A stretch of 48,822 nt of DNA, taken from Synechococcus sp. Lineage in GTDB: Bacteria; Cyanobacteriota; Cyanobacteriia; Thermostichales; PCC-7336. The position numbers and the translations under genes were made by a program. Under the pieces are notes generated by a model. The model had not been told where the DNA came from. It ran no database searches and saw only the letters and a program-made list of their open reading frames with translations. How positions within the stretch are numbered: position 1 is the stretch's first letter; each line of letters opens with the position of its first letter. Shown here piece after piece: positions 1-9,340 of the stretch. The DNA lies in NCBI GenBank assembly GCA_051439605.1, contig JBFRWN010000020.1:1-48822 (forward strand), in the 5' to 3' direction.

Positions 1-96
1 ATGGCCAAAGCTAAAGAAAAAGGATTGGTTCGCAGTGAAGGGAAGGAATACATCGTCAGTGAAGGAGACGTAATTCTGTTCCGCTTTAACGTTTAG
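1..96 (+). CDS. ychF: 3' end of redox-regulated ATPase YchF (truncated by window start)
   Basis: Frame 1 reads ..[30 protein letters not shown], the conserved YchF TGS C-terminus (R.EGK.Y.V.dGD...FRFNV). Confidence 0.93.
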   Translation: MAKAKEKGLVRSEGKEYIVSEGDVILFRFNV

Positions 97-103
97 CGAT
101 CGC
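96..103. repeat. HIP1 octamer GCGATCGC (example; recurs throughout the window)
   Basis: Further copies at 6661, 11482, 33763, 39916 and many within ggpP and pit. Hallmark of many cyanobacterial genomes. Confidence 0.85.
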
Positions 104-158
104 CCAGCGTTCAGCGCTATTTCTATCTCAGCTGTCTACAAAGTCTTGTCAGATAGAA

Positions 159-832
159 ATGTCCCAGTCTCCAGAGCCATCATCGTCGCTATTAGAGCAT
201 TTCAGGAATCTAGAAGATCCACGAGCAGATTAGCTGGTCGACCACCAGCTCCTCGACATCATCAGCCTAACGATTTGTGCAGTCGTCTGTGAAGCCGACA
301 CCTAGGTCAATATCGAGAACTACGGGCGGTCCAAGCAAGAGTGGTTGAAAGGATTTTTGGGGGTAGCTAACAGAATTGCCTCCCACGACACCATTGATGC
401 TACAGGAGCCCAAAAGGAGATTGCGCGGCAGATTGTCGAGGAGGGCGGCGACTACATCCTCAGTCTCAAAGGGAATCAAGGCAATATTCACGAGGATGTT
501 CGGCAACTGTTCGACTGGGCGCGCAAAATTGGGTTTCGAGACATTCCTCACGAGTTTCACAGACCGTCAATGGAGGACATGGCCGCATTGAAATTCGTCG
601 CCACTGGCTTCTGGATGGGGTTGAGCACCTGGAAGGTTCTCAGCTCTGGGTGGGGCTCAAGCGAGTCGGGCTCGTAGAAGCGGAACGACGCTTGCCAGGG
701 CAAGAGCCCACCCTTGAGCGACATTACTATCTACTCAGTCTGGATGGGGGGTCGAACGCTTTGCTCGAGGTGTTCGCAGCTATTGGGGCATTGAAAACCA
801 GCTCCATAGGGTTTTGGATGCGGCTTTCAACC
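159..832 (+). pseudogene. ISAs1-family (H-repeat) transposase remnant
   Basis: ATG at 159 gives LLEHFRNLEDPR..HQLLDII.LTICAVVC, SHDT, IDA.G.QKEIA.QI...GGDYILSLKGNQ and, after frameshifts, RSYWGIENQLH.VLD. In-frame TAG stops at 231 and 303, an internal deletion and 3' truncation. Confidence 0.9.
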
Positions 833-887
833 CACATTCAGTAGACAAAAAGCCAATTTGTTGTCGAACTCAATGTTTACAAAGCGA

Positions 888-931
888 AAGGGGCAAGTGG
901 GGATAGTTCACAATCACCCAGCTTGCCCCTT
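888..931 (-). terminator. Hairpin downstream of hsp20, probable terminator
   Basis: AAGGGGCAAG (888-897) pairs with CTTGCCCCTT (922-931), extended by TGGG/CCCA, about 50 nt after the hsp20 stop. Confidence 0.5.
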
Positions 932-983
932 AATTCCCCTCCTGAATAGCCAGAATGGCACTCACCATCTTGCAATGGCTGTC

Positions 984-1457
984 TTACGACTCAACTACGT
1001 CAATCTTGACCTGCCTGCGAAGTTCGGCGTCCGACTTCGGCAACGTAAGATTCAGCATGCCTTTTTTGTATTCGGCTTTAACTTCTTCACACTTGATGTG
1101 AGCGGGTAGCGAAATCATCCGCTCGAACTTGCCATAGCGCAGCTCGGTATGAGTGCGGCCTTCCTCTTCGGTTTTGGTTTCCTGCTTCCGCTCGCCGCTG
1201 ATGGTGACGGAGTCTTCCGTAACCTCAAGATCGAGATCCTCAGCTTCTAAGCCAGGAACTTCCAGTGTCAGGCGAATGGCATCCTCTGTCTCTTCCATTT
1301 CGGCAGGGGGAACGAACCCAAACTCAGACAAGTCACGCTCGACAGCGGGCATGAATTGTTCGAACATATGGTTCATTTCTCGCCGCAGCGCGTCAATTCC
1401 TTTAGTGAATTCCCACCGATCGATTTCTCGGAAGGGGCTCCAACGTGTAATCGTCAT
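984..1457 (-). CDS. Small heat-shock protein, Hsp20/alpha-crystallin family
   Basis: MTITRWSPFREID N-terminus, PAEMEETEDAIRLTLEVPG, ISGER, ELRYGKFER.I.LP and AEYKKGML.LTLPK. GGAGG RBS precedes ATG at 1457. Confidence 0.93.
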   Translation of the reverse strand: MTITRWSPFREIDRWEFTKGIDALRREMNHMFEQFMPAVERDLSEFGFVPPAEMEETEDAIRLTLEVPGLEAEDLDLEVTEDSVTISGERKQETKTEEEGRTHTELRYGKFERMISLPAHIKCEEVKAEYKKGMLNLTLPKSDAELRRQVKIDVVES

Positions 1458-2222
1458 CTCTTTGCCTCCAAACAATCAAACTCAGCTGTCTCTCTTCCAC
1501 TCCCTGAGGAGACACCTCCAAAGTTTACCGAGCATCAACCGAGCAGATCTCTCCAAAATGTCTGCTTACCTTTCAAACTCAGAAACTCAGTCTTGCACAA
1601 CCCCTCATTTTTCAAAACGGGTACCAACCTAACAGCTTACATTCACCTCCTCTATTTATATTTTAGTTAGAAAAAGATAGTTGAATGTCGACAACGATTC
1701 AAAGTCAATCTATTGTTACAATTTCGGCAGCTCTTTTGATACGCCCTGTCAAACCATTCAAGCAACCCAAGATTTTCAACTTTTGTAATAGCCTTTTAAG
1801 CGATTCGTCCTGGAACGATCGATCCGTTCACTTGCGATGTTCTCAGACAGTCGCTATGAATGAGTTAACCACCAAAAGACCCGCCATCCCACGGAGTGTA
1901 TCCATTCCAGGGGGACGGCAGGTCCACCCAGTCTGTAATAATCTTTACCCCGTATTGGTGACGATCGCTGCAAGAAACACCTATCCCGATCGCAGAGCGA
2001 TTCAATCAAAGTGGCTCGCAATTAAAGGTATCAGTCAAACAATTCTATAAGCTTAAGTTCTATTCCACTATAGAGACAATATTTAGAGAATCATGTTATA
2101 CATTCAATTCTTGATCGTCTATTTTAGAGCCTAGCTGTGTATCATTTGAGATACATTTTAGCCAGCAGTGAATGCACTCAGTCATACTTTAAGTAAAGGG
2201 GGGTAAAAGAAGGGGGTTTGCA

Positions 2223-2315
2223 GTGGAAAACAGACGCGTCAATTATATAGAAATCGCACTTTTTGCCCTAGCGTTTGCAGTGCTCGCAGGTGCAATTGCT
2301 TTCACAGTTATGTGA
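2223..2315 (+). CDS. Putative 30-aa single-pass membrane microprotein
   Basis: GTG start after purine-rich GAAGGGGG; reads MENRRVNYIEIALFALAFAVLAGAIAFTVM*, a charged N-terminus plus a ~20-residue hydrophobic helix. Below the ORF-track cutoff. Confidence 0.45.
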   Translation: MENRRVNYIEIALFALAFAVLAGAIAFTVM

Positions 2316-2429
2316 TCCCTCTTGAACCACTCGATTGCTAGGAAAGAAAAGCCGGGGGCGAAGAAGGTAGGAACGTACTGACTGCGGTTCGTCCTCATTG
2401 GTCTGTTCGATAAATTGGGAGATATTAGC

Positions 2430-4004
2430 GTGGCTAAATCGATTGTGATGCGAGCCGATGCTCGTCGCGCCTTGGAGCGCGGGATTGATATCCTGACGGA
2501 TGCAGTGGCGGTAACGCTGGGTCCACGGGGGCGAAATGTTGTGCTGGAAAAGGAATATGGCGTACCGTACATTGTCAATGACGGCATCACGATTGCCAAA
2601 GAGATCGAGTTAGAAGACCACATCGAAAATACCGGTGCGGCGCTGATTCGAGAAGCCGCCGCTAAAACCAACGATGTGGGGGGAGACGGCACCACCACCG
2701 CTGCTGTTTTAGCCAGAGCATTAGTCAAGGAGGGATTGCGCTATGTCGCCGCTGGTGTCAATCCTATGGCGCTTAAACGCGGCATCCATCAGGCTGTGGA
2801 GTACGTCGTTGAAGAAATTGCAGCCCACTCGCAGCCAATCAAAGATTCTCAGGAAATCGCCCAGGTGGCGGCCATTGCGGCTGGAAACGAACCGGAGATT
2901 GGCCAGATCGTAGCAGAGGCCATGGACAAAGTTGGACACTCTGGAATCCTGTCGGTGGAGGAGGGGAAATCGATCGCGACGGAAGTCGAGCTTACAGAAG
3001 GAATGCGATTCGACCGAGGGTATGTCTCTCCGTATTTCATCACCGACCCCAACCGGCTTGAGACGGTGTTGGAAGATCCTTTAATTCTCTGTACCGACAA
3101 GAAAATTTCTGCCGTACCGGACTTGATTTCGCTGTTGGAACATGTCACAAAGACAGGTCAATCGTTGCTGATTGTGGCAGAGAATGTTGAAGGAGAAGCA
3201 TTGGCAACACTGGTTTTAAACCGCCTCAGGGGAGTGCTGAATGTCTGTGCTGTGAAAGCTCCGGGATTTGGCGATCGCCGAAAAGCAATGTTGCAAGACA
3301 TTGCCATCTTGACCCATTCAAAAGTCATTTCCGAAGAGGCCGGGCTAACGCTAGAGGGGGCGACTGAAGATGTCCTGGGCAGTGCTCGTCGCGTCACGGT
3401 GACGAAAGATAGTACAACCATCGTTTCCAGCGGAAACGAAGTTGCCGTCCAAGCACGATGTCAACAGATCGAACGACAAATCGCAGAAACGGACTCTGAC
3501 TTTGAGCGGGAAAAACTAGAACAACGCTTGGCAAGATTGGCAGGAGGAGTTGCCCTGATTAAGGTTGGAGCCGCAACGGAAACGGAAATGCAAGATCGCA
3601 AACTCAAATTGGAGGATGCCATCAATGCGGCCAAGGCTGCGGTGGAAGAGGGCATCGTGCCTGGAGGAGGAGCCACATTCGTACACATCACACCAATGCT
3701 GGAATCTTGGGCCCGAGAGCAGTTGTCGGGAGAAGAACTGCATGGAGCCGAGATCGTATCTCGTGCCTTGACTGCTCCCCTCAAATGCATCGCCGAGAAT
3801 TCTGGTCTCAATGGCTCTGTAGTCGTAGATCGAGTCAAAGCGCAGCCAGACTTTACCACTGGCTACGATGCTGAATCGGACCAGTACGTCGATCTCGTAA
3901 AGGCTGGCATTGTGGATACGACAAAAGTGATACGAGCGGGGTTGCAAAATGCGGCTTCGATCGCCGAAATGATTCTCACCACCGAGGCGATCGTCGCTGG
4001 GTAA
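2430..4004 (+). CDS. groEL: Chaperonin GroEL (stand-alone paralog, no C-terminal tail)
   Basis: [56 protein letters not shown] and [12 protein letters not shown]. Likely GTG start at 2430 (AKSI..). Ends at TEAIVAG*. Confidence 0.96.
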   Translation: MAKSIVMRADARRALERGIDILTDAVAVTLGPRGRNVVLEKEYGVPYIVNDGITIAKEIELEDHIENTGAALIREAAAKTNDVGGDGTTTAAVLARALVKEGLRYVAAGVNPMALKRGIHQAVEYVVEEIAAHSQPIKDSQEIAQVAAIAAGNEPEIGQIVAEAMDKVGHSGILSVEEGKSIATEVELTEGMRFDRGYVSPYFITDPNRLETVLEDPLILCTDKKISAVPDLISLLEHVTKTGQSLLIVAENVEGEALATLVLNRLRGVLNVCAVKAPGFGDRRKAMLQDIAILTHSKVISEEAGLTLEGATEDVLGSARRVTVTKDSTTIVSSGNEVAVQARCQQIERQIAETDSDFEREKLEQRLARLAGGVALIKVGAATETEMQDRKLKLEDAINAAKAAVEEGIVPGGGATFVHITPMLESWAREQLSGEELHGAEIVSRALTAPLKCIAENSGLNGSVVVDRVKAQPDFTTGYDAESDQYVDLVKAGIVDTTKVIRAGLQNAASIAEMILTTEAIVAG

Positions 4005-4448
4005 GGGTGCAAACTTGGTTTGAACCGGGAGTGGTTGATACCTTGGAAAGCCTTTGCTTCTCCAATCTTGATATCCTACGGAGAGCTCAATGCTTAGACT
4101 GGGCGTGGTTGATTCCCGCAGTGCTCTTTATACGTGCGGTAGATCCGCAGAGACGGGTTAATGGGGGCCTGTCAAAAACAACAGTGACGGATGCGTTTTG
4201 CCGTTGTAAAACCAATCCAGGCTGTGGAAGGGGGTAAATGTGTCATACTTGACGAACGATAATCGATTATTCGTCTATTATCATTCTCTAGTCTATGCGA
4301 GAAACCACTGCCTTGTAGGTACGACGTGAGTATATTCCCGTATGGACCTGTAAAACCTCCTTTGGAGACATCGACTCACCATCGCGTTGAACGACTGTTC
4401 TATCTTCTTTACTATCTGAAGACTTCGTCCTAATTATCGGTGTCATTT

Positions 4449-6137
4449 ATGAAAGTCCCCGTAATCGCAATTGGCCTTGATGCAGCAGAACCCACTCTAA
4501 TTGAGAAATGGATTTCTGAAGGTCACTTAAAAAATCTTGCGAAGCTTAAAGAGACTGGTTCGTACAGTCACCTCAGCAATCTTGAATACTACAGGGCAGA
4601 AACTCCTTGGTCCACTTTTTTAACGGGCTGCAATCCCGATAAAACGGGTTACTGGGGCCCCGTCAAATATAACAAGGATCGATATGTTTCAGAACAATAC
4701 GGGGCCTACAAATATGAAGAATATCCACCGTTCTATGCCCTTGGAAAGGACTATAAAGTAGCCATCTTTGATATGCCTCAAACGGCTATTTCTAAGGAGG
4801 CAAACGGTCCTCAAGTCTTGGGCTGGGGTTCTCATTCTCAACAAACTCCGAGCCAATCTTACCCCGCCGACTTGCTTGAGAATATCATTAAGGAATACGG
4901 TCCTCATCCCAACAAAGGTAACGATCACGCCAATGTTTACAACAAGAATGCGCTGAAAACCTACGCGGAAAAGATGAAAATAGGTATTCGTCGCAAGGCA
5001 GATGTCTGCAAAGACATTCTGAAGCAGGACGATTGGAATCTATTTCTGACTATTTTTGGCGAAGCCCATTCAGCAGGCCATTACCTCTGGCATTGTGAGG
5101 AGAAAACGCATCCGCTGTACGGCCTCAATGGCATTAGCGATGAAAACTTACTGCTGGATGTATTTGAAGCAATGGATGAGGCCATTGGTCAAATTTTATC
5201 TGCTGCCCCTGATAACGCCCACGTGATTGTGTTTTCAGCACATGGAATGCAATCTAACAATTTAGATGTTCCCAGTACGTTTTTCTTGCCAGAAGTGGTT
5301 TATCGATGGAATTTCCCTGGGAAGAAAGGATTTGTCTTCGATGAGCAACGAGAACAACCCGAGGCGGTGTCGACCAGTCTTGCCAAGAATAGTTGGCATC
5401 ATGTGGTCTGGTCCAATAAACAAGACTCGAATCCAATTCGTCGACTTTTACGAGCACCCTCTCTGTCGAAGTTTAACCGTGCCTGGAGTATCTTCAAGCT
5501 AAAATTCTTCAAAGGCGCTGTAGAAAAGTCTTTGAAAAACGATCTCATTTCCCCTTACGATGCCTTTGAAAGACGTGATGACTTTAATTGGCAACCCGTT
5601 ACCTGGTACACATCACTTTGGCCCAAGATGAGGGCTTTCGCTCTGCCAAGTTTTTCTGAAGGATATATCCGTATCAACCTGAAAGGTCGCGATCCTCAAG
5701 GGATTGTCGATCCTGCAGACTATGATTCCGTTTGTACCGAGCTCATTGAACATCTCCATTCGTTGAAGCAAGGCAGATCGGGAGAACCCATGGTCGATCG
5801 CGTCGTGCGCACTCGAAGCACGCCGGATGAAGATGCCACAAATCCAAAACTCCCCGATGCCGATTTAGTCGTTATGTGGAACGAAAAAGTGCTGACGGAC
5901 TTTGTGGACAGTCCTGAATTGGGACGGATTGGTCCTGTTCCTTATATGCGTTCGGGCAGCCACACTCCCAATGGCTTCTTGCTCATGAATAGCCCTTTAC
6001 TTGAAGCGGGTGAAACCATTCCGGAGGGCCAAGCACTCGATCTTGCCCCAACGATCCTCAGCTTGATGGGTGCGACTATTCCGGACTATATGCAAGGTAA
6101 GGCTCTTGTTCGCGAAAGGGTTCCCGTGGAATCCTGA
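4449..6137 (+). CDS. Alkaline phosphatase superfamily / type I phosphodiesterase-nucleotide pyrophosphatase family protein
   Basis: VIAIGLDAA metal-binding start, W.TF.TG.NP, HSAGHYLWH, VFSAHGM, IRINLKGRDPQGIV and DLAPTILSLMG...P.YMQGK. Alternative start at 4440. Confidence 0.8.
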   Translation: MKVPVIAIGLDAAEPTLIEKWISEGHLKNLAKLKETGSYSHLSNLEYYRAETPWSTFLTGCNPDKTGYWGPVKYNKDRYVSEQYGAYKYEEYPPFYALGKDYKVAIFDMPQTAISKEANGPQVLGWGSHSQQTPSQSYPADLLENIIKEYGPHPNKGNDHANVYNKNALKTYAEKMKIGIRRKADVCKDILKQDDWNLFLTIFGEAHSAGHYLWHCEEKTHPLYGLNGISDENLLLDVFEAMDEAIGQILSAAPDNAHVIVFSAHGMQSNNLDVPSTFFLPEVVYRWNFPGKKGFVFDEQREQPEAVSTSLAKNSWHHVVWSNKQDSNPIRRLLRAPSLSKFNRAWSIFKLKFFKGAVEKSLKNDLISPYDAFERRDDFNWQPVTWYTSLWPKMRAFALPSFSEGYIRINLKGRDPQGIVDPADYDSVCTELIEHLHSLKQGRSGEPMVDRVVRTRSTPDEDATNPKLPDADLVVMWNEKVLTDFVDSPELGRIGPVPYMRSGSHTPNGFLLMNSPLLEAGETIPEGQALDLAPTILSLMGATIPDYMQGKALVRERVPVES

Positions 6138-6165
6138 TCCGATTGCCCTAAGTCCAAGGCTATTG

Positions 6166-6282
6166 AGTGCGTCCTAGTTCTTCAGCGAGCGCAAACTGAA
6201 AGCAACAATGACTGTCTTGTTCGCTCTCAGAGAACTCTCGACAAGTCACCCAGCCTCTGGGTGTGCAAATCTAGGACGCACT
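6166..6282. repeat. 117-bp element bounded by 12-bp perfect inverted repeats (MITE-like)
   Basis: AGTGCGTCCTAG (6166-6177) and CTAGGACGCACT (6271-6282); internal hairpin CACCCAG-CCT-CTGGGTG (6247-6263); lies between convergent genes. Confidence 0.55.
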
Positions 6283-6359
6283 TCGCTAAATTCCTCATTT
6301 CATCGCTAGGTGACCGCTGCCCCGCCTGAGAGACCACGTTTTTTCCTCACTAGCACGAC

Positions 6360-6998
6360 TTAATACTTTATATCTGGAGCAGTACGAATCTCGTCAATCG
6401 TTAGCAACCAACGAAATGGTATGACCGCCTCCGCATATCGCTCTGCCCCCCCCTGCTGGCGATCGACCAAAGCCAAAATTCCCCCCACCTTGTAGCCAGC
6501 ATCTCCAATCCGTTCTGCTGCCTGTAGTGCTGAAGCTCCGGTAGTCACCACATCTTCCAAAATCCACACGCAGCTTTCAGGTTCTAGCGTAGGTCCCTCG
6601 ATATAAGCTTGGGTACCGTGCCCCTTGGCTTTCTTGCGCACGATGAGAGCGGGGAGATTGGCGATCGCCCCTCGATCGTTATAGGTAGACGCCAAACTGA
6701 CTGCCGACACAATGGGATCTGCCCCCAGAGTCAATCCCGCTACCGCATCTGTCTCCTCCGGTAGTTCCGCCAGCATCAGCTGCCCCACCAAAAATGCCCC
6801 CTGAGGGTGAAGCGTCACGGGTTTACAGTTGATGTAATAGCTGCTCTTTTGGCCGGAGGACAGGGTAAAGTCTCCCTCGCGATAGGCCAACTCCCGAATC
6901 AGATAGATCAGAGCTCGTCTCTGTTCAGCAGCAGAGAAGGACAGCGGGGATTGCGACAGCAGCAGCATGGTGAGAACGATCGGTCTAACAGCGGGCAA
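6360..6998 (-). CDS. pyrE: Orotate phosphoribosyltransferase
   Basis: GDFTLSSGQKSSYYINCK, AGLTLGADP, IVRKKAKGHGT and PRPP motif ILEDVVTTGASA. True start may be ~6971. Confidence 0.95.
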   Translation of the reverse strand: MPAVRPIVLTMLLLSQSPLSFSAAEQRRALIYLIRELAYREGDFTLSSGQKSSYYINCKPVTLHPQGAFLVGQLMLAELPEETDAVAGLTLGADPIVSAVSLASTYNDRGAIANLPALIVRKKAKGHGTQAYIEGPTLEPESCVWILEDVVTTGASALQAAERIGDAGYKVGGILALVDRQQGGAERYAEAVIPFRWLLTIDEIRTAPDIKY

Positions 6999-7058
6999 AG
7001 TTCAGAGTTAGCAAGAGGCACGAATCGATCGCGCATGGCTGGGGATTGAGCTTAACAG

Positions 7059-8228
7059 TCAAGTAGACGTCGCTTTGGCCGATCGCATGGCATCGACAAA
7101 TTGGACAAACAAATAATCGGCGTCGTGGGGGCCGGGACTGGCTTCGGGGTGATATTGCACCGAGAAGATGGGCAAGGACTTGTGGCGAATGCCAGCAATC
7201 GTGCGATCGTTCAAATTGAGATGGGTGACTTCAAACTCTGCATCCTCTGTTACAGAGTCAGCAGAGACAGCAAACCCATGGTTTTGACTGGTGATCTCCA
7301 CCTGCCGTTGCAACCCACAGGGTTGGTTAAGTCCGCGGTGGCCAAACTTCAACTTAAACGTATCGCTTCCCATCGCCAAGCTAATAATTTGATGCCCCAA
7401 ACAAATACCAAAGATCGGCTTATCAGCCTTCAGCAGGGCTTGGGTGGTTTTAATGCCCTGTAGCACTGCCGCCGGGTCCCCAGGACCATTGGATAGAAAG
7501 ATACCATTTGGGTTGTGGCTCAAAATCTCTTCTGGAGTGGCCGATGCGGGCATAACCACCACGCGGCAGCCGTAGGTGGAGAGGCGACGGAGGATATTGC
7601 GCTTGACACCAAAATCAAGCGCTACAACCGTCAATGGGTTGCTAGTTCCTGCCGGTGCGATCGGCTGACCGTAGGACCATTCCTCTTGGGTGGTTTCGTT
7701 CCATTCGTAAGGTTGGGAGGTGGTGACTTTCTCGGCCAAGTTCAAGCCCTTCATGGAAGGAGCGGCTTTCACCTGGGCCAACAGCTCTTCAGGGTCGAGC
7801 ACTGTTGTGGAGATGGCCCCATTCATAGCTCCTTCGGAGCGGAGCTTGCGGGTGAGGGCGCGAGTATCGATGCCGTAGATGCCGACGACATTGTTTTCTG
7901 TCAGATAATCTGGCAACGATTGGGTGCTGCGCCAGTTGCTGGGGATGCGGGAAATATTGCGGGCAATCGCCCCTCGGATTTGCGGACGGTCAGATTCGCT
8001 GTCAAGGCTGTTAACGCCAGTATTGCCTAGCTCGGGGTAAGTAAAAGTGACAATCTGGCCGCAATAGCTGGGGTCGGTCATCACTTCTTGGTACCCAGTC
8101 ATGCCGGTGTTAAACACCACTTCACCGATGGCAGTGCCTTCGGCTCCGAATGAATGGCCGGAATAAGTGCTGCCGTCTGCCAAGACCAGCAGAGCGGGCT
8201 TGCGGACCGCACGACGGTATTCGAGCAT
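7059..8228 (-). CDS. carA: Carbamoyl-phosphate synthase small (glutaminase) subunit
   Basis: [45 protein letters not shown] and [14 protein letters not shown]. Confidence 0.97.
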   Translation of the reverse strand: MLEYRRAVRKPALLVLADGSTYSGHSFGAEGTAIGEVVFNTGMTGYQEVMTDPSYCGQIVTFTYPELGNTGVNSLDSESDRPQIRGAIARNISRIPSNWRSTQSLPDYLTENNVVGIYGIDTRALTRKLRSEGAMNGAISTTVLDPEELLAQVKAAPSMKGLNLAEKVTTSQPYEWNETTQEEWSYGQPIAPAGTSNPLTVVALDFGVKRNILRRLSTYGCRVVVMPASATPEEILSHNPNGIFLSNGPGDPAAVLQGIKTTQALLKADKPIFGICLGHQIISLAMGSDTFKLKFGHRGLNQPCGLQRQVEITSQNHGFAVSADSVTEDAEFEVTHLNLNDRTIAGIRHKSLPIFSVQYHPEASPGPHDADYLFVQFVDAMRSAKATST

Positions 8229-8342
8229 GGTAAGGGATGAAAGGGTAAGGGATGAATATGGGAAGGGGTTGAGTATGAAAAATTAGTGCAAAATCGCCAA
8301 CCAATCATATCGCCTTGGGGTCGCTCCGTCTCGGGGGCTTTA

Positions 8343-9302
8343 TTAATGGCTTGCCATCCGCATTTCCCCCTCCACCTGTAGCCGGGTAAAGGGACCCACT
8401 TCGCAAAATTGCTCCCCAAGACTGTCGGCGGCATCCGGAGAAATCCAACCCAATTGGCGCAGCAGATACAGGGCGATCGCGTATTTGGCTCGGCTGCTTC
8501 CATCTGCCACCTTAATGGCTAAGCCCATGCCCTGTCCTAAATGGGAGACACATTGCACCCCTTCCGCACCAGACTTGCTGGCAACTTTCCCCTCAGAAGC
8601 CTGCATCAGCTCGGTATCGAAATGCCCTTCCCCGGCTACCATTTCCGGAGAGTGAGTCATAGCCCGCGCCACCCGCTCTAGATCGAGTCGATCGCCCGCT
8701 CCCATTTGGGCATACATCCAGGCCATTTGCCCCAGTTCCAACTGATAGGTGGGGGCACCACAATCATCCCTCGCCAGCAGTAGTTCATCCGCAGGCATCT
8801 TAAGAAGGTCCGTCAAGTGCGATCGCACCAGCGCCTGTACGGGATGATTGCGGTTGAGGTAATCTTGAAGGCTCCATCCCTGCAGGCGACAGGCCATCAG
8901 AAAACCGGCATGTTTTCCGGAGCAATTGTGAAATAGGGGCCCCCGCGTCCCCGGCGGGCAAGGGCACATGAGGCAATCCGTCTCTAAATCTGCCCGCCAC
9001 AACATCGAAAATACCTGCCGCACGTGCCGCATCTCCCCCAAGTGAGATCCGCACATGATGGCAATGTCTTCATCCTGAAGTTCGAACCGTTCCGCAGCCC
9101 CAGAAGATAGTGCGGCTAACGTCTGAAATGGCTTGAGGGCGGAGCGAATAAAGGTTGTTGACGTGCTATCCCCCGCAGACAGGAGAATCCTTCCTCTAGC
9201 ATCCGAAACTACCGCTTGGGCTGTGTGCACGGATTCGGGAATCCCCTCCCTCAATAAATGTGCGGACATTACTGGGGTGGAATGACGACGTTCTAGGGGC
9301 AT
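8343..9302 (-). CDS. L-asparaginase II family protein
   Basis: RSALKPFQ, CGSH.GE, HNCSGKH, DDCGAP and SKSGAEGV motifs of Rhizobium-type asparaginase II. Confidence 0.88.
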   Translation of the reverse strand: MPLERRHSTPVMSAHLLREGIPESVHTAQAVVSDARGRILLSAGDSTSTTFIRSALKPFQTLAALSSGAAERFELQDEDIAIMCGSHLGEMRHVRQVFSMLWRADLETDCLMCPCPPGTRGPLFHNCSGKHAGFLMACRLQGWSLQDYLNRNHPVQALVRSHLTDLLKMPADELLLARDDCGAPTYQLELGQMAWMYAQMGAGDRLDLERVARAMTHSPEMVAGEGHFDTELMQASEGKVASKSGAEGVQCVSHLGQGMGLAIKVADGSSRAKYAIALYLLRQLGWISPDAADSLGEQFCEVGPFTRLQVEGEMRMASH

Positions 9303-9340
9303 TATCGGAGCGTAATGGGGTGTAACTTAGCGTAATCGAT

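Noticed and set aside
134..847. TGTCTAC / GTAGACA as terminal inverted repeats of the ISAs1 relic
   Set aside because: The match is only 7 bp, with no target duplication, and the transposase is truncated before its normal end.
2172..2200. Possible CIRCE upstream of groEL (ATGCACTC...)
   Set aside because: Only a partial left half matches; there is no GAGTGCTAA right arm at N9 spacing.
8229..8256. Direct repeat GGTAAGGGATGAA x2 upstream of carA
   Set aside because: Only two short copies with no spacers; not CRISPR-like and probably a slippage or short tandem repeat.
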